In this document: positions 35,281 through 45,200 of the stretch, one piece after another
Position numbering within the stretch: position 1 is the first letter of the stretch
How the letters are laid out: each line of letters starts with the position of its first letter
From: Coprobacter sp.
GTDB taxonomy: Bacteria > Bacteroidota > Bacteroidia > Bacteroidales > UBA11471
DNA length: 64,000 nucleotides
Reading direction: 5' to 3'
NCBI GenBank assembly: GCA_017462265.1
Contig: JAFTRN010000054.1
Span: forward strand, 12,068-76,067
Made by a program: the position numbers and the translations under genes
The notes under the pieces: generated by a model
Told to the model about the DNA's origin: nothing
The model's input: the letters and a program-made list of their open reading frames with translations, nothing else
The model's database searches: none

Positions 35281-36063
35281 ATGAGTGTGTTACCCTCTCC
35301 CGAAATTGTTACCGCTGCCGAAAATGCGGCTTTGCAGAAAATAGGTTTCAGTACTCGCAAGACCATCACACTGGGAATACTTGCCGGCATATATATCGCT
35401 ATGGGCGGATTACTATCCCTGCTCATAGGCTACGGATTCCCCGAGATTACCGCACATAATCCCGGATTACAACGATTACTATCGGGGTGTATGTTTCCTC
35501 TGGGGCTTATTCTTGTGGTATTTGCCGGCGCAGAATTGTTTACCGGCAATAATGCCGTGCTGATACCGGGATTGTGTAATCGCAAATATGGGATATGGCC
35601 GGTTATTCGCAACTGGGTATTGGTATATTGCAGTAACCTTGTCGGCGCGCTGTTTTTTGTTTATATCATGGTATATTATACCGGGCTTGTACAAGGCGAT
35701 CCGTGGAACTCGGCCATACAAAACCTCGCTGCCGCTAAAGTAGGTATGTCGTGGGGGGTAACTTTTGTGAAAGGTATCGGGGCGAACTGGTTTGTATGTT
35801 TGGCCGTATGGCTGGGCTTCAGTTGTCGCAGTGCCGCCGGAAAGTTTATCGGATTATGGTTTCCCGTCATGGCATTCGTAGCCATGGGGTATGAGCATAG
35901 TATCGCCAATATGTTTTTCATTCCTCTCGGTATGTTACAAGGTGCCGACGTATCGCTGTATGATTTTGCAATACGCAATCTCATACCGGCTACGTTGGGC
36001 AACATTGTAGGAGGAGCGCTGTTTGTCGGCGGATTTTATTGGTATGCCTATCAGAAGAAATAG
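35281..36063 (+). CDS. formate/nitrite transporter (FNT) family channel
   Basis: 260 aa. Contains GAELFTGNN, NWFVCLAVW and YEHSIANMFFIP, which are hallmark FNT motifs. Confidence 0.85.
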   Translation: MSVLPSPEIVTAAENAALQKIGFSTRKTITLGILAGIYIAMGGLLSLLIGYGFPEITAHNPGLQRLLSGCMFPLGLILVVFAGAELFTGNNAVLIPGLCNRKYGIWPVIRNWVLVYCSNLVGALFFVYIMVYYTGLVQGDPWNSAIQNLAAAKVGMSWGVTFVKGIGANWFVCLAVWLGFSCRSAAGKFIGLWFPVMAFVAMGYEHSIANMFFIPLGMLQGADVSLYDFAIRNLIPATLGNIVGGALFVGGFYWYAYQKK

Positions 36064-36088
36064 AAAAGCGGGGAAATCCCGCTTTTAC

Positions 36089-37960
36089 TTATATCCATTC
36101 GCTAAGTTCGAGCCATCGCATAGATTTCTCATCTATTTCTGCAATCAAATCACCCAATCGAGTTGCTTTACTTTGTATATCATCAATCGATAAGGCACCC
36201 GATGATAGTGCTGACTCCAACTCCTTTTTCTCTGCTTCGAGTTGCGGTATAAGCGTATCAAGCTCCTCAAACTCGCGTCGTTCCTTAAACGATAATTTAC
36301 GCTTATCAGTGTTCTGTTTTGTCTTTTTCTCCGATTCCCTACAGATTTTCCGCTCGGGTTCTTTTGCTTTTTCCTCGGCCTCTTGCACCTCTTTCCAAGC
36401 CCTATAATCGGTGTAATTGCCCGGAAAATCTTTTATCTGTGCGTCACCCTCGAACGCCCAAATATGATCGACAACTTTATCCATGAAATACCTATCATGC
36501 GATACCACGATTACACAGCCTTTGAAATTACGCAGATAATCCTCCAATATATTGAGTGTCACTATATCGAGGTCGTTTGTAGGCTCATCGAGTACCAAAA
36601 AATTGGGATTACTCATCAATACCGTACACAGATAGAGGCGGCGTTTTTCGCCACCGCTAAGTTTATAAATGTAATTATGCTGCGTATCGGGGGTAAACAA
36701 GAAATGTTGTAAGAACTGTGAGGCCGATAGTTTCGAGCCATTTCCAAGCGATATTTCTTCGGCAATATCTCGCACGGCATCGATTACCTTCTTTTTATCG
36801 TCGAATTGTATTCCGTCTTGTCGATAATAACCAAATCTTACCGTTTCACCCACATCAATCGTTCCACTATCGGGCGACAATTCCCCTATCAACATTTTTA
36901 TAAAGGTAGATTTACCGGTACCATTGTTTCCTACGATACCCAATTTTTCGTAGCGGGCAAAGGTATATGTCAAATCTTCTACGATTTTTATGTCACCAAA
37001 TCTTTTACAGAGATTGTTTATTTCGAATATTTTCGAACCGATGTACGAAGATTTCACAGCCAACGTTACATTCTCGACATTTTTTTCTCTACGTGCCTTC
37101 TCTTGTAAATCGTAAAATGCATCAATACGATATTTTGCTTTGGTGCCCCGAGCCTGGGGTTGGCGTCGCATCCATTCAAGTTCGGTACGTAGCAGATTAT
37201 TCGCTCTATCTATCTCGGCATTACGAGCTTCTATACGCTCCTGACGTTTTTCGAGATAATAAGAATAATTACCTTTATAAGAATACAACGCGCGCGCGTC
37301 GATTTCCACAATGCGATTACATACCCTATCGAGAAAATAACGGTCGTGTGTTACCATCAGCAAGCTGACACGGCTACGCGACAAAAAAGATTCGAGCCAC
37401 TCGGTCATTTCGAGGTCGAGGTGATTGGTCGGCTCATCGAGTATCAGCAGGTCGGGCTCGGCTATCAACACATTGGCCAATGCCACCCGTTTCAATTGTC
37501 CGCCCGATAGCCGGGATATGGGTTGGTCGAAATCGACAATTTTCAATTGCGACAATATTTGTTTCACCCGCGACTCATAATCCCATGCATTCAGACGATC
37601 CATGGCCTCCACAAGTTGCTCCATACGGCCGGCATCGCCATGCGCCATGGCCAACTCATATTCCCGTATGGTACGAGTCATTTCCGTGTCAGTGGTAAAG
37701 CAGGCTTGTATCACTGTCATATCGACCGGATATGAGGGATTTTGGGACAGATACCCCACTTGTATATCGTTACGAAAGGTTATTACCCCCGTGTCATAAC
37801 TTTCTACTCCGGCTATAATATTCAGCAGGGTAGTCTTACCCGTTCCATTCTTGGCGATAAATCCTATCCTATCCCCCTCGGAGACACCGAGGGACAAATC
37901 TCGGAAAAGTACTCTGTCTCCAAAAGACTTTGACAACCCTTCTATTTGCAGTTGAATCAT
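36089..37960 (-). CDS. ABC-F family ATPase (Uup/EttA-like, two ABC domains plus a C-terminal coiled coil)
   Basis: 623 aa. Has two Walker A motifs (GKNGTGKTT, GNNGTGKST), two signature motifs (LSGGQLKR, LSGGEKRR) and no TM domain. Confidence 0.9.
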   Translation of the reverse strand: MIQLQIEGLSKSFGDRVLFRDLSLGVSEGDRIGFIAKNGTGKTTLLNIIAGVESYDTGVITFRNDIQVGYLSQNPSYPVDMTVIQACFTTDTEMTRTIREYELAMAHGDAGRMEQLVEAMDRLNAWDYESRVKQILSQLKIVDFDQPISRLSGGQLKRVALANVLIAEPDLLILDEPTNHLDLEMTEWLESFLSRSRVSLLMVTHDRYFLDRVCNRIVEIDARALYSYKGNYSYYLEKRQERIEARNAEIDRANNLLRTELEWMRRQPQARGTKAKYRIDAFYDLQEKARREKNVENVTLAVKSSYIGSKIFEINNLCKRFGDIKIVEDLTYTFARYEKLGIVGNNGTGKSTFIKMLIGELSPDSGTIDVGETVRFGYYRQDGIQFDDKKKVIDAVRDIAEEISLGNGSKLSASQFLQHFLFTPDTQHNYIYKLSGGEKRRLYLCTVLMSNPNFLVLDEPTNDLDIVTLNILEDYLRNFKGCVIVVSHDRYFMDKVVDHIWAFEGDAQIKDFPGNYTDYRAWKEVQEAEEKAKEPERKICRESEKKTKQNTDKRKLSFKERREFEELDTLIPQLEAEKKELESALSSGALSIDDIQSKATRLGDLIAEIDEKSMRWLELSEWI

Positions 37961-38160
37961 ATAGATTTGCTTTTATCGTGTGCGAAAGTACTAATTTTTC
38001 TCGAGTTTCTCGTAGTTTATGTTCTTTGTATATCTCAATATAATCTTGAAATAAAAATCAAACAGCTTCTAAAATGGCCGTGAAATCACAAAAAATATTA
38101 AAAATGCAGATTTCATTGAGTATTTTCACAAATACCTCGTTGATGATAGCTTAAAAATAC

Positions 38161-38168
38161 TACCTTTG
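38161..38168 (+). promoter_or_regulatory. -7 promoter motif TACCTTTG with no protein gene downstream
   Basis: Exact TAnnTTTG match. The next credible CDS (dapA) has its own motif and lies beyond an intrinsic terminator. Confidence 0.4.
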
Positions 38169-38169
38169 C

Positions 38170-38438
38170 AAGCCAGAAATTGAGGTAATGTGCCTCACCA
38201 ATCTTGTTACCTAAAAATTCCTTACCAAAAACACAATTGATCGCACATCTCTATGTGCCAAAAAGATTATCAGTGTATGTCGGGTACATACGATTTTTAA
38301 TCTTAGAAACTGTTCTTATTTCCTTTCAAACCTCAAAACAGTTTCAAAATTTTACCATCTTTCATATTTCAAGGAGTAATTCCTTCTAATATAGATAAAA
38401 CGCCGGCATCGTCCGGCGTTTTATTTTATACGACCTTG
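38170..38438 (+). ncRNA. candidate small non-coding RNA (~270 nt), family unknown
   Basis: Bounded by the promoter motif at 38161 and the terminator at 38407-38438. Consecutive stem-loops lie at 38182-38196, 38243-38258, 38263-38304 (nested 38275-38291), 38306-38345 and 38371-38385. The only ORF is a TTG-initiated low-complexity one. Confidence 0.3.
38407..38438 (+). terminator. intrinsic terminator
   Basis: aaaacgccgg (38407-38416) pairs with ccggcgtttt (38423-38432), followed by attttat. Confidence 0.7.
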
Positions 38439-38540
38439 GGCATATCGGAAATATGTTTTATCTTTGTTTTTGGAATCAAAATATATTTATATCACACGAG
38501 AAAGATATAATCAGATATAGGTTACAACAAATTTTCAAAA

Positions 38541-38556
38541 TAAATTTGTAATTTTG
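38541..38556 (+). promoter_or_regulatory. tandem -7 promoter motifs (TAAATTTG, TAATTTTG) upstream of dapA
   Basis: Two adjacent TAnnTTTG matches lie 23-38 nt upstream of the ATG at 38579. Confidence 0.4.
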
Positions 38557-38578
38557 CCGTCAATTAGATTTAAGCTAT

Positions 38579-39472
38579 ATGGCACAGATCAATCTCAAAG
38601 GCATGGGTGTCGCCTTGATTACGCCCTTCAATGAAGACGAAAGTATCGACTTCGTAGCATTGGCGCGCCTTGTCGAATATCAGATACAAAGTGGTATAGA
38701 CTACCTCGTAGTATTGGGTACCACAGCCGAAACCCCTACCCTTACCGAAGAAGAAAAAGCCCAAGTCTTGAAATTTGTCATAGAACAGGTAAAAGGGCGT
38801 GTACCTATCGTCATGGGACTTGGGGGGAATAATACCCGTGCCATTGTTAACAGCCTGAAGACTAAAAATTTCGATGGTGTAGATGCTATATTATCGGTCG
38901 TTCCCTACTACAACAAGCCTTCGCAAGAGGGTATATATCAACACTACAAAGCAATCGCTTGTGCCACCAAGCTCCCTGTAATACTATATAACGTTCCCGG
39001 ACGCACAGGAGTGAATATGACCGCCGAAACCACGCTACGCCTCGCTCGCGAGTTCGATAATATCGTCGCTATAAAAGAGGCCTCGGGTAACATTACCCAG
39101 ATGGACGACATCATCAAGAACAAACCCACTGATTTTATGGTAATTTCGGGTGACGATGGTATTACATTCCCCCTTATCACACTGGGGGCAGTAGGTGTAA
39201 TTTCGGTCATTGGCAACGCGTTCCCGAAAGAGTTCAGTCGCATGGTACGTCTCGCACTCAACGGCGACTATGCCTCGGCACTGACCATACATCACCGATT
39301 TACCGAATTATTCAGTTTGTTGTTTGTCGATGGAAATCCTGCCGGTGTAAAATGTTTACTCAACGCTATGGGTTACATTCACAACCAGTTGCGTCTGCCT
39401 CTCGTTCCCACACGCATTACTACATATGAGAAGATACGCGAGGTATTACAAAAACTCAATATCACCTGCTGA
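38579..39472 (+). CDS. dapA: 4-hydroxy-tetrahydrodipicolinate synthase
   Basis: 297 aa. Contains GVALITPF, LVVLGTTAE, YYNKPSQEG and ILYNVPGRTG, with the Schiff-base Lys in VAIKEASG. Confidence 0.95.
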   Translation: MAQINLKGMGVALITPFNEDESIDFVALARLVEYQIQSGIDYLVVLGTTAETPTLTEEEKAQVLKFVIEQVKGRVPIVMGLGGNNTRAIVNSLKTKNFDGVDAILSVVPYYNKPSQEGIYQHYKAIACATKLPVILYNVPGRTGVNMTAETTLRLAREFDNIVAIKEASGNITQMDDIIKNKPTDFMVISGDDGITFPLITLGAVGVISVIGNAFPKEFSRMVRLALNGDYASALTIHHRFTELFSLLFVDGNPAGVKCLLNAMGYIHNQLRLPLVPTRITTYEKIREVLQKLNITC

Positions 39473-39523
39473 TAAAACATTACATCACACTATAACGTTT
39501 AACCTATACTCATCTACCCAATT

Positions 39524-39982
39524 ATGATACAACGTATTCAAACCATATATTTGCTACTTGCCGCTATCGTGACCGGTATATTCACCTTTATGTCTATGGC
39601 CACCCTATACACCCAAGGAGCACCCATACAATTTTCAGGCACAGGGTTTTACGAAGCCGGCAGCAATGAGGCTATAGCCTATGTATGGCCACTGACCATC
39701 GTATGCGCATTGGCCGCCTTGCTTCCATTATTGAACATTTTCCTCTATCGTAATCGCCCCTTGCAGATACGCGTGTGCCACTTCACCACCCTGATGTTGC
39801 TGGCCGTGTATGCCACATTCGGTATATATGTATATAATATGAGCATGACCTTACAGGCCGAAAGCATACAATGGGGAGCCGCTCTATCGATGCCTTTTGT
39901 AGCATTGATACTGAACATTATAGCCCAAAGCCGAATTCGTGCCGATGAGCGTCTTGTGCGCTCAGCCGACCGACTGAGATAA
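39524..39982 (+). CDS. DUF4293-like integral membrane protein
   Basis: 152 aa. Begins MIQRIQTIYLLLAAI and has 4 predicted TM helices. Confidence 0.5.
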   Translation: MIQRIQTIYLLLAAIVTGIFTFMSMATLYTQGAPIQFSGTGFYEAGSNEAIAYVWPLTIVCALAALLPLLNIFLYRNRPLQIRVCHFTTLMLLAVYATFGIYVYNMSMTLQAESIQWGAALSMPFVALILNIIAQSRIRADERLVRSADRLR

Positions 39983-40000
39983 TCAATGTTCGAGATAAAT

Positions 40001-40033
40001 AAAAAATCCGAGAAAATTTTCTCGGATTTTTTT
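40001..40033. terminator. bidirectional intrinsic terminator between convergent genes
   Basis: aaaaaatccgagaaa (40001-40015) pairs with tttctcggattttttt (40018-40033). The A-run and T-run flanks allow it to work in both directions. Confidence 0.75.
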
Positions 40034-40048
40034 GTTCTATTTCAAAAA

Positions 40049-40660
40049 TTACTGCTCTCCAAGTTCGGCCAATGCCGATATAGCATCGTCGTTCCCCTGC
40101 TCGGCGGCAGCGCGATACCATTCAAGAGCTTTATCATAGTCTTGTGATACTCCATGACCATGGAAATAGCACCAACCCAGATTATACTGCGCCTCAGCAA
40201 GGCCCTGCTCGGCAGCAGCCTGCCACCATTTAGCGGCCTCTTTCATATCTTGAGCCACACCTTTTCCCTCGGCATAGCAATAAGCTAAATTGTATTGAGC
40301 GCCGGGTAGATTTTGATTTGCAGCCTTCTTATACCAAGCAACAGCCTCTTTCATATCTTGTTTCACGCCGGTTCCACGCTCATAACACAATCCTATATTA
40401 TATTGTGCGGCCGGAGCGTTATGTTTAGCAGCCATACGCCACCACTTCAGCGCATCGGTATATTCTTTGCGAGTATAGTGCTGCCAAGCCTTATCGAGGT
40501 ACCCCTGCACCTGACGTTTGACCGATGACGAAGTCTGTACAAGCTCTACACTAACAATCTCCTCGGTATTTGTCGCGATGGTACGCGCCGATGATGGAGT
40601 TATCAGTGCAATTAGGAACAAACCCATTGTCATAGAACGAAAGAATACACTATTTTTCAT
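40049..40660 (-). CDS. Sel1-repeat (SLR/TPR-like) secreted protein
   Basis: The ATG at 40660 gives MKNSVFFRSMTMGLFLIALITPSSA (signal peptide). It is followed by four repeats of the pattern A.YNLG.CY..G.GV.QD...A..W....A. Confidence 0.8.
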   Translation of the reverse strand: MKNSVFFRSMTMGLFLIALITPSSARTIATNTEEIVSVELVQTSSSVKRQVQGYLDKAWQHYTRKEYTDALKWWRMAAKHNAPAAQYNIGLCYERGTGVKQDMKEAVAWYKKAANQNLPGAQYNLAYCYAEGKGVAQDMKEAAKWWQAAAEQGLAEAQYNLGWCYFHGHGVSQDYDKALEWYRAAAEQGNDDAISALAELGEQ

Positions 40661-40775
40661 ACACATATCATTTTGAATTTCAGCAAATATATCAATTTTA
40701 TTCGAATCGACAAAAACAAAGAAAGTCATCGGGCATTTTACTCGATGACTTTCAACTCATATTGTACGTATATCA

Positions 40776-42179
40776 CTATTCGTAACTGCTACCATCGAAA
40801 CAATGCGTACACACACACTCCTTAGGCAATCCGATGGCCTCTACGAGAGTTTCAAGCGGATTGAATTTAAGAGACGTTATTCTCAGTTGGCGACGAATCT
40901 CCTCCACCATACGTTTGTATTCAGGAGAATCGGTCTTGGTGTAGGCCTCCAGATTTCTATCATGCGATCCTTCAAATTCTTTGATAATACGGCGAGTTAT
41001 CAGCTCGAGTTCCGACTTAGAGGCCGTAAAATTAACAAATTTACAAGGATACACCAAGGGGGGACAACTGATGCGCATATGCACCTCCTCGGCACCATAT
41101 CGGTAGAGGTCTTTCACATTATCGTGTAACTGGGTTCCTCGCACGATGGAGTCATCGCAGAATACCACCTTTTTACCGCGTATCAGTGCCGGGTTGGGTA
41201 TAAGCTTCATCTTAGCCACCAACTCGCGCAATTCCTGTGTAGGCGGGGTAAAACTTCGCGGCCACGTAGGAGTATATTTCACAATACCTCGCTTATAAGG
41301 GATGCGCTTACCTACAGCATAGCCGAGAGCCATACCTATACCCGAATCGGGAATACCCGATACGAAATCGGCCTTGCAATCATCTTTTTCGCCCATGGCA
41401 CAACCACATTTGAAGCGTACCTCTTCGGCATTTTTACCCTCATACACACACGAGGGATAGCCATAATAAACCCATAAGAATGAGCATATTTGCATCTTTT
41501 TGTTAGGCTTACGCAACTGAGTATATCCATCGGCTGTAACGAGGACTACCTCTCCGGGGCCAACATTATACTCCACCTCATAGCCCAAGTTGGGGAAACT
41601 ACAAGTCTCCGACGATACAGCGAAACCATCTTCGCCCTTACCTACATACACCGGAGTGCGGCCATACTTATCGCGGGCCACTATAATACCATTCTCGGTA
41701 AGAAGCAACATCGAGCAAGAACCACGCAACTTGTTCTGCACATTCTCTATACCATCGACATAATCTTTCCCTTGGGAGATAAGCGTCGCTATCAGCTCTG
41801 TCTGATTGGTAATACCATTGCTATGCTCGCAGAAATGATGCCCGGCATCGAGTAGGTCCTTTTCCAACTCAGGAAGATTGTTTACCCGAGCTACGGTCAC
41901 AATCGCAAATTTACCCAGATGACAACTGAATATGATAGGTTGCGCATCGGTATCGCTGATGATACCTATCCCCGAATTACCAGAGAAGGTCGGAAGGTCG
42001 GGTTCAAACTTCGTGCGAAAATATGAATTTTCGATATTGTGTATTGAACGAGTAAAATAGCCTTTGTCAAAGGTTACCATACCGGCACGTTTCGTGCCCA
42101 GATGGGAATTGTAGTCGACACCATAGAAGAGATCAGCGACACAATCCGAATGTTTAATGGATCCAAAAAAACCACCCAT
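40776..42179 (-). CDS. purF: amidophosphoribosyltransferase-like protein (Ntn-amidotransferase fold plus PRTase domain) lacking the N-terminal Cys
   Basis: 467 aa. The PRPP-binding loop is VVFCDDSIVRGTQL. The N-terminus reads MGGFFG instead of MCG. Lies adjacent to purL. Confidence 0.75.
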   Translation of the reverse strand: MGGFFGSIKHSDCVADLFYGVDYNSHLGTKRAGMVTFDKGYFTRSIHNIENSYFRTKFEPDLPTFSGNSGIGIISDTDAQPIIFSCHLGKFAIVTVARVNNLPELEKDLLDAGHHFCEHSNGITNQTELIATLISQGKDYVDGIENVQNKLRGSCSMLLLTENGIIVARDKYGRTPVYVGKGEDGFAVSSETCSFPNLGYEVEYNVGPGEVVLVTADGYTQLRKPNKKMQICSFLWVYYGYPSCVYEGKNAEEVRFKCGCAMGEKDDCKADFVSGIPDSGIGMALGYAVGKRIPYKRGIVKYTPTWPRSFTPPTQELRELVAKMKLIPNPALIRGKKVVFCDDSIVRGTQLHDNVKDLYRYGAEEVHMRISCPPLVYPCKFVNFTASKSELELITRRIIKEFEGSHDRNLEAYTKTDSPEYKRMVEEIRRQLRITSLKFNPLETLVEAIGLPKECVCTHCFDGSSYE

Positions 42180-42208
42180 TTTCGTTTACAGTTTAGGTCT
42201 ATAATAGG

Positions 42209-45200
42209 TTATTTTTTAATGTTTTCGATCCATTTACGAGCATTTACAAACGCTTCAATCCATGGTGTAACCTCATCGGACTTACGATCTTGAGGATAGA
42301 ACCCACACTGCCAAGGGAATATTGCCCTTTCGAGGTGTGGCATCATCGCCAAATGGCGACCATCGGCCGAGGCAATACCGGCTACCGCATAGGGTGAACC
42401 GTTGGGGTTGGCGGGATATGCGTCGTAATTGTATTGTGCCACTACATTGTATTGCTCTATCTCATAGGGGAAATGGAATTTACCTTCACCATGAGCTACC
42501 CAAATACCCAATTTGGTTCCGGATAGTGTACCAAACATCACCGAATTGTTTTGCGGTATTGTAAGTCCCACAAATTCCGACTCGAATTTATGTGAATCGT
42601 TGTGCAACATACGAGGTTTCTCGGTATGTTCGGGAGTGAGCAAGCCCAATTCCACCATCAACTGACAACCATTGCAGATACCAAGGCTGAGGGTATCGGG
42701 ACGGGAATAGAACTTATCGAGAGCCTCTTTGGCTGTTTCATTCCAGAGGAAACCGCCGGCCCAACCTTTTGCCGAACCGAGAACGTCGGAATTGGAGAAT
42801 CCGCCACAATATACAATCATATTTACATCATCGAGCGTCTCGCGTCCACTTGTAAGGTCAGTCATGTGCACATCTTTCACATCGAAGCCGGCAAGATATA
42901 ACGAATAGGCCATTTCACGGTCACCATTCACACCTTTTTCGCGAATAATGGCAGCTTTTACACCCGAAGGTTTACGACGATCGGCCGAGATGCCATATTG
43001 GGCAAGTGTACCGGTAAACGATTTCGATAATTTATATTGTATGGGTTGCTCTTTATAGTTAAGGAAACGGGCTTTTGCCTGAGTCTCACCGCTTTGTTTA
43101 CGATCGAGCAGATACGATGATGAATACCATACATCGCGTAAGTGATCGATTCCAAACTGATATTGTGCATCGCCCTTGGTCACCAACAAATGGCGTTCAC
43201 TGCACGGACGAGCTATTACGGCATATCCCACTCCGGCCTCATCGAGGACAGCCTCTACGGCTTTACGATCACGTACCTGAATAAGCACACCGGGATTCTC
43301 GCTGAACAAGATTTTTACAAGATCCTTTTCCGGAACTTTATCGAGATTCACGTCAAGACCACCATCGACATTGGCAAAATTCATTTCAAGCAACGCGGTA
43401 ATCATACCACCGGCCGAGATGTCATGACCTGCAAGTATCAAGTCTTTAGCTATAAGCTCTTGTATAGCTCCAAATGCCGATGCGAAGTATTCACTATCTT
43501 TTACGGAGGGAGCCTCACTACCTATTTTGTTGAGAGATTGTGCAAATGCCGATCCGCCCAATGAAAGCGGAGCAAAAGAGAAGTCGATATAGTACAATGA
43601 CGAACGGGCATCGTGAGCCAATACCGGTGAAACAACTTTCTTCACATCGCTCACCTCGGCTCCGGCCGAAATGATTACCGTACCGGGCGAATAAACTTTC
43701 TCATCGCCATATTTCTGTGTCATCGAAAGGCTGTCTTTTCCGGTAGGAATATTGATACCAAGCTCACAAGCGAAACGGCTACAAGCCTCTACAGCCTTAT
43801 AGAGACGAGCATCTTCACCGGGATTTTTACACGGCCACATCCAGTTGGCACTCAACGATACGCTATCAAGGCCTTCGGCAAGTGGGGCCCAAACGATATT
43901 GGTCAATGCCTCGGCTACAGCCAACACCGAACCGGCAGCCGGATCGATCATTGCGGCCTGAGGTGCGTGTCCGATAGAGGTTGCAATACCTGCTTTTCCT
44001 CTATAATCGAGAGCGACTACCCCACAGTCACTCAACGGAAGCTGTATTTCGCCTTGACATTGCTGACGAGCGACCTTACCGGTTACAGAACGGTCCACCT
44101 TATTGGTGAGCCAGTCCTTACAAGCTACAGCCTCGAGTTGTAGCACTTGTTCTACATATTGATGTATATCGGCTACATTATAGATTACATCTTGATATTG
44201 CTCATCGATGGTCTCGTCGCGCATAATGGTACGAGGCGCTTTACCAAACATATCGTCCATCGCGAGATCTATAGGTTTCACGCCATCTTTCTGTTCAAAT
44301 ACGAAACGATGATCGTCGGTGGTTTCACCCACTACATACATAGGCGCACGCTCACGCTCGGCGATACGACGTACATGCTCCAAATCTTTCTCGCCGATGA
44401 GCATACCCATACGCTCTTGGCTTTCATTGCCCACAATCTCTTTGGCCGAGAGTGTGGGATCGCCAACGGGCAGTTGCGACATATCGATTTTACCACCGGT
44501 GGCCTCGACAAGCTCTGACAATGCGTTGAGATGACCACCGGCACCATGGTCGTGTATTGACACTATGGGATTGCTGTCACTCTCGGCAAGAGCACGTATC
44601 ACATTGGATACACGTTTTTGCATTTCGGGATTGGCACGTTGTATGGCATTCAACTCTATGGCATTGGCATATACCCCGGTCTCAACCGAAGACACAGCGC
44701 CACCACCCATACCGATACGGTAATTATCGCCACCCATCACCACAACTTTTTCACCGGGAGTAGGCTCACCTTTGAGTGCGTCGCGTATGGTTCCGAAACC
44801 GACACCACCTGCCAACATTATTACTTTGTCATAGGCAAACTTTTTGTAATTCTCGGCATGTTCGAATGTGAGAAGTGAACCGCAGATTAGCGGTTGTCCG
44901 AATTTATTTCCGAAATCCGACGCGCCATTAGAGGCTTTTACCAATATTTGCTCGGGCGTTTGATACAGCCACTTACGAGCAGGCATTGCCCCCTCTTCCC
45001 ACTCACGGCCCTCTTCACAACGAGGATATGAAGTCATATACACAGCGGTTCCGGCAATAGGCAGACTGGCTTTACCACCACCCAAGCGGTCGCGTATCTC
45101 ACCACCGGTACCGGTGGCAGCGCCATTGAACGGCTCTACCGTTGTAGGGAAATTGTGTGTCTCGGCCTTGAGTGAAATCACCGTATCAATATCTTTTATT

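Noticed and set aside
38204-38389. A 61-aa ORF inside the candidate sRNA region.
   Set aside because: It has a TTG start and a low-complexity translation, and it spans several stem-loops. A tiny peptide cannot be excluded, but I do not call it a CDS.
38170-38438. A lysine riboswitch (L-box) controlling dapA.
   Set aside because: I considered it because of its position upstream of dapA. I could not recognise the conserved L-box core sequences, and dapA has its own promoter motifs after the terminator. It needs a cmscan to settle, and is kept only as a generic sRNA candidate.
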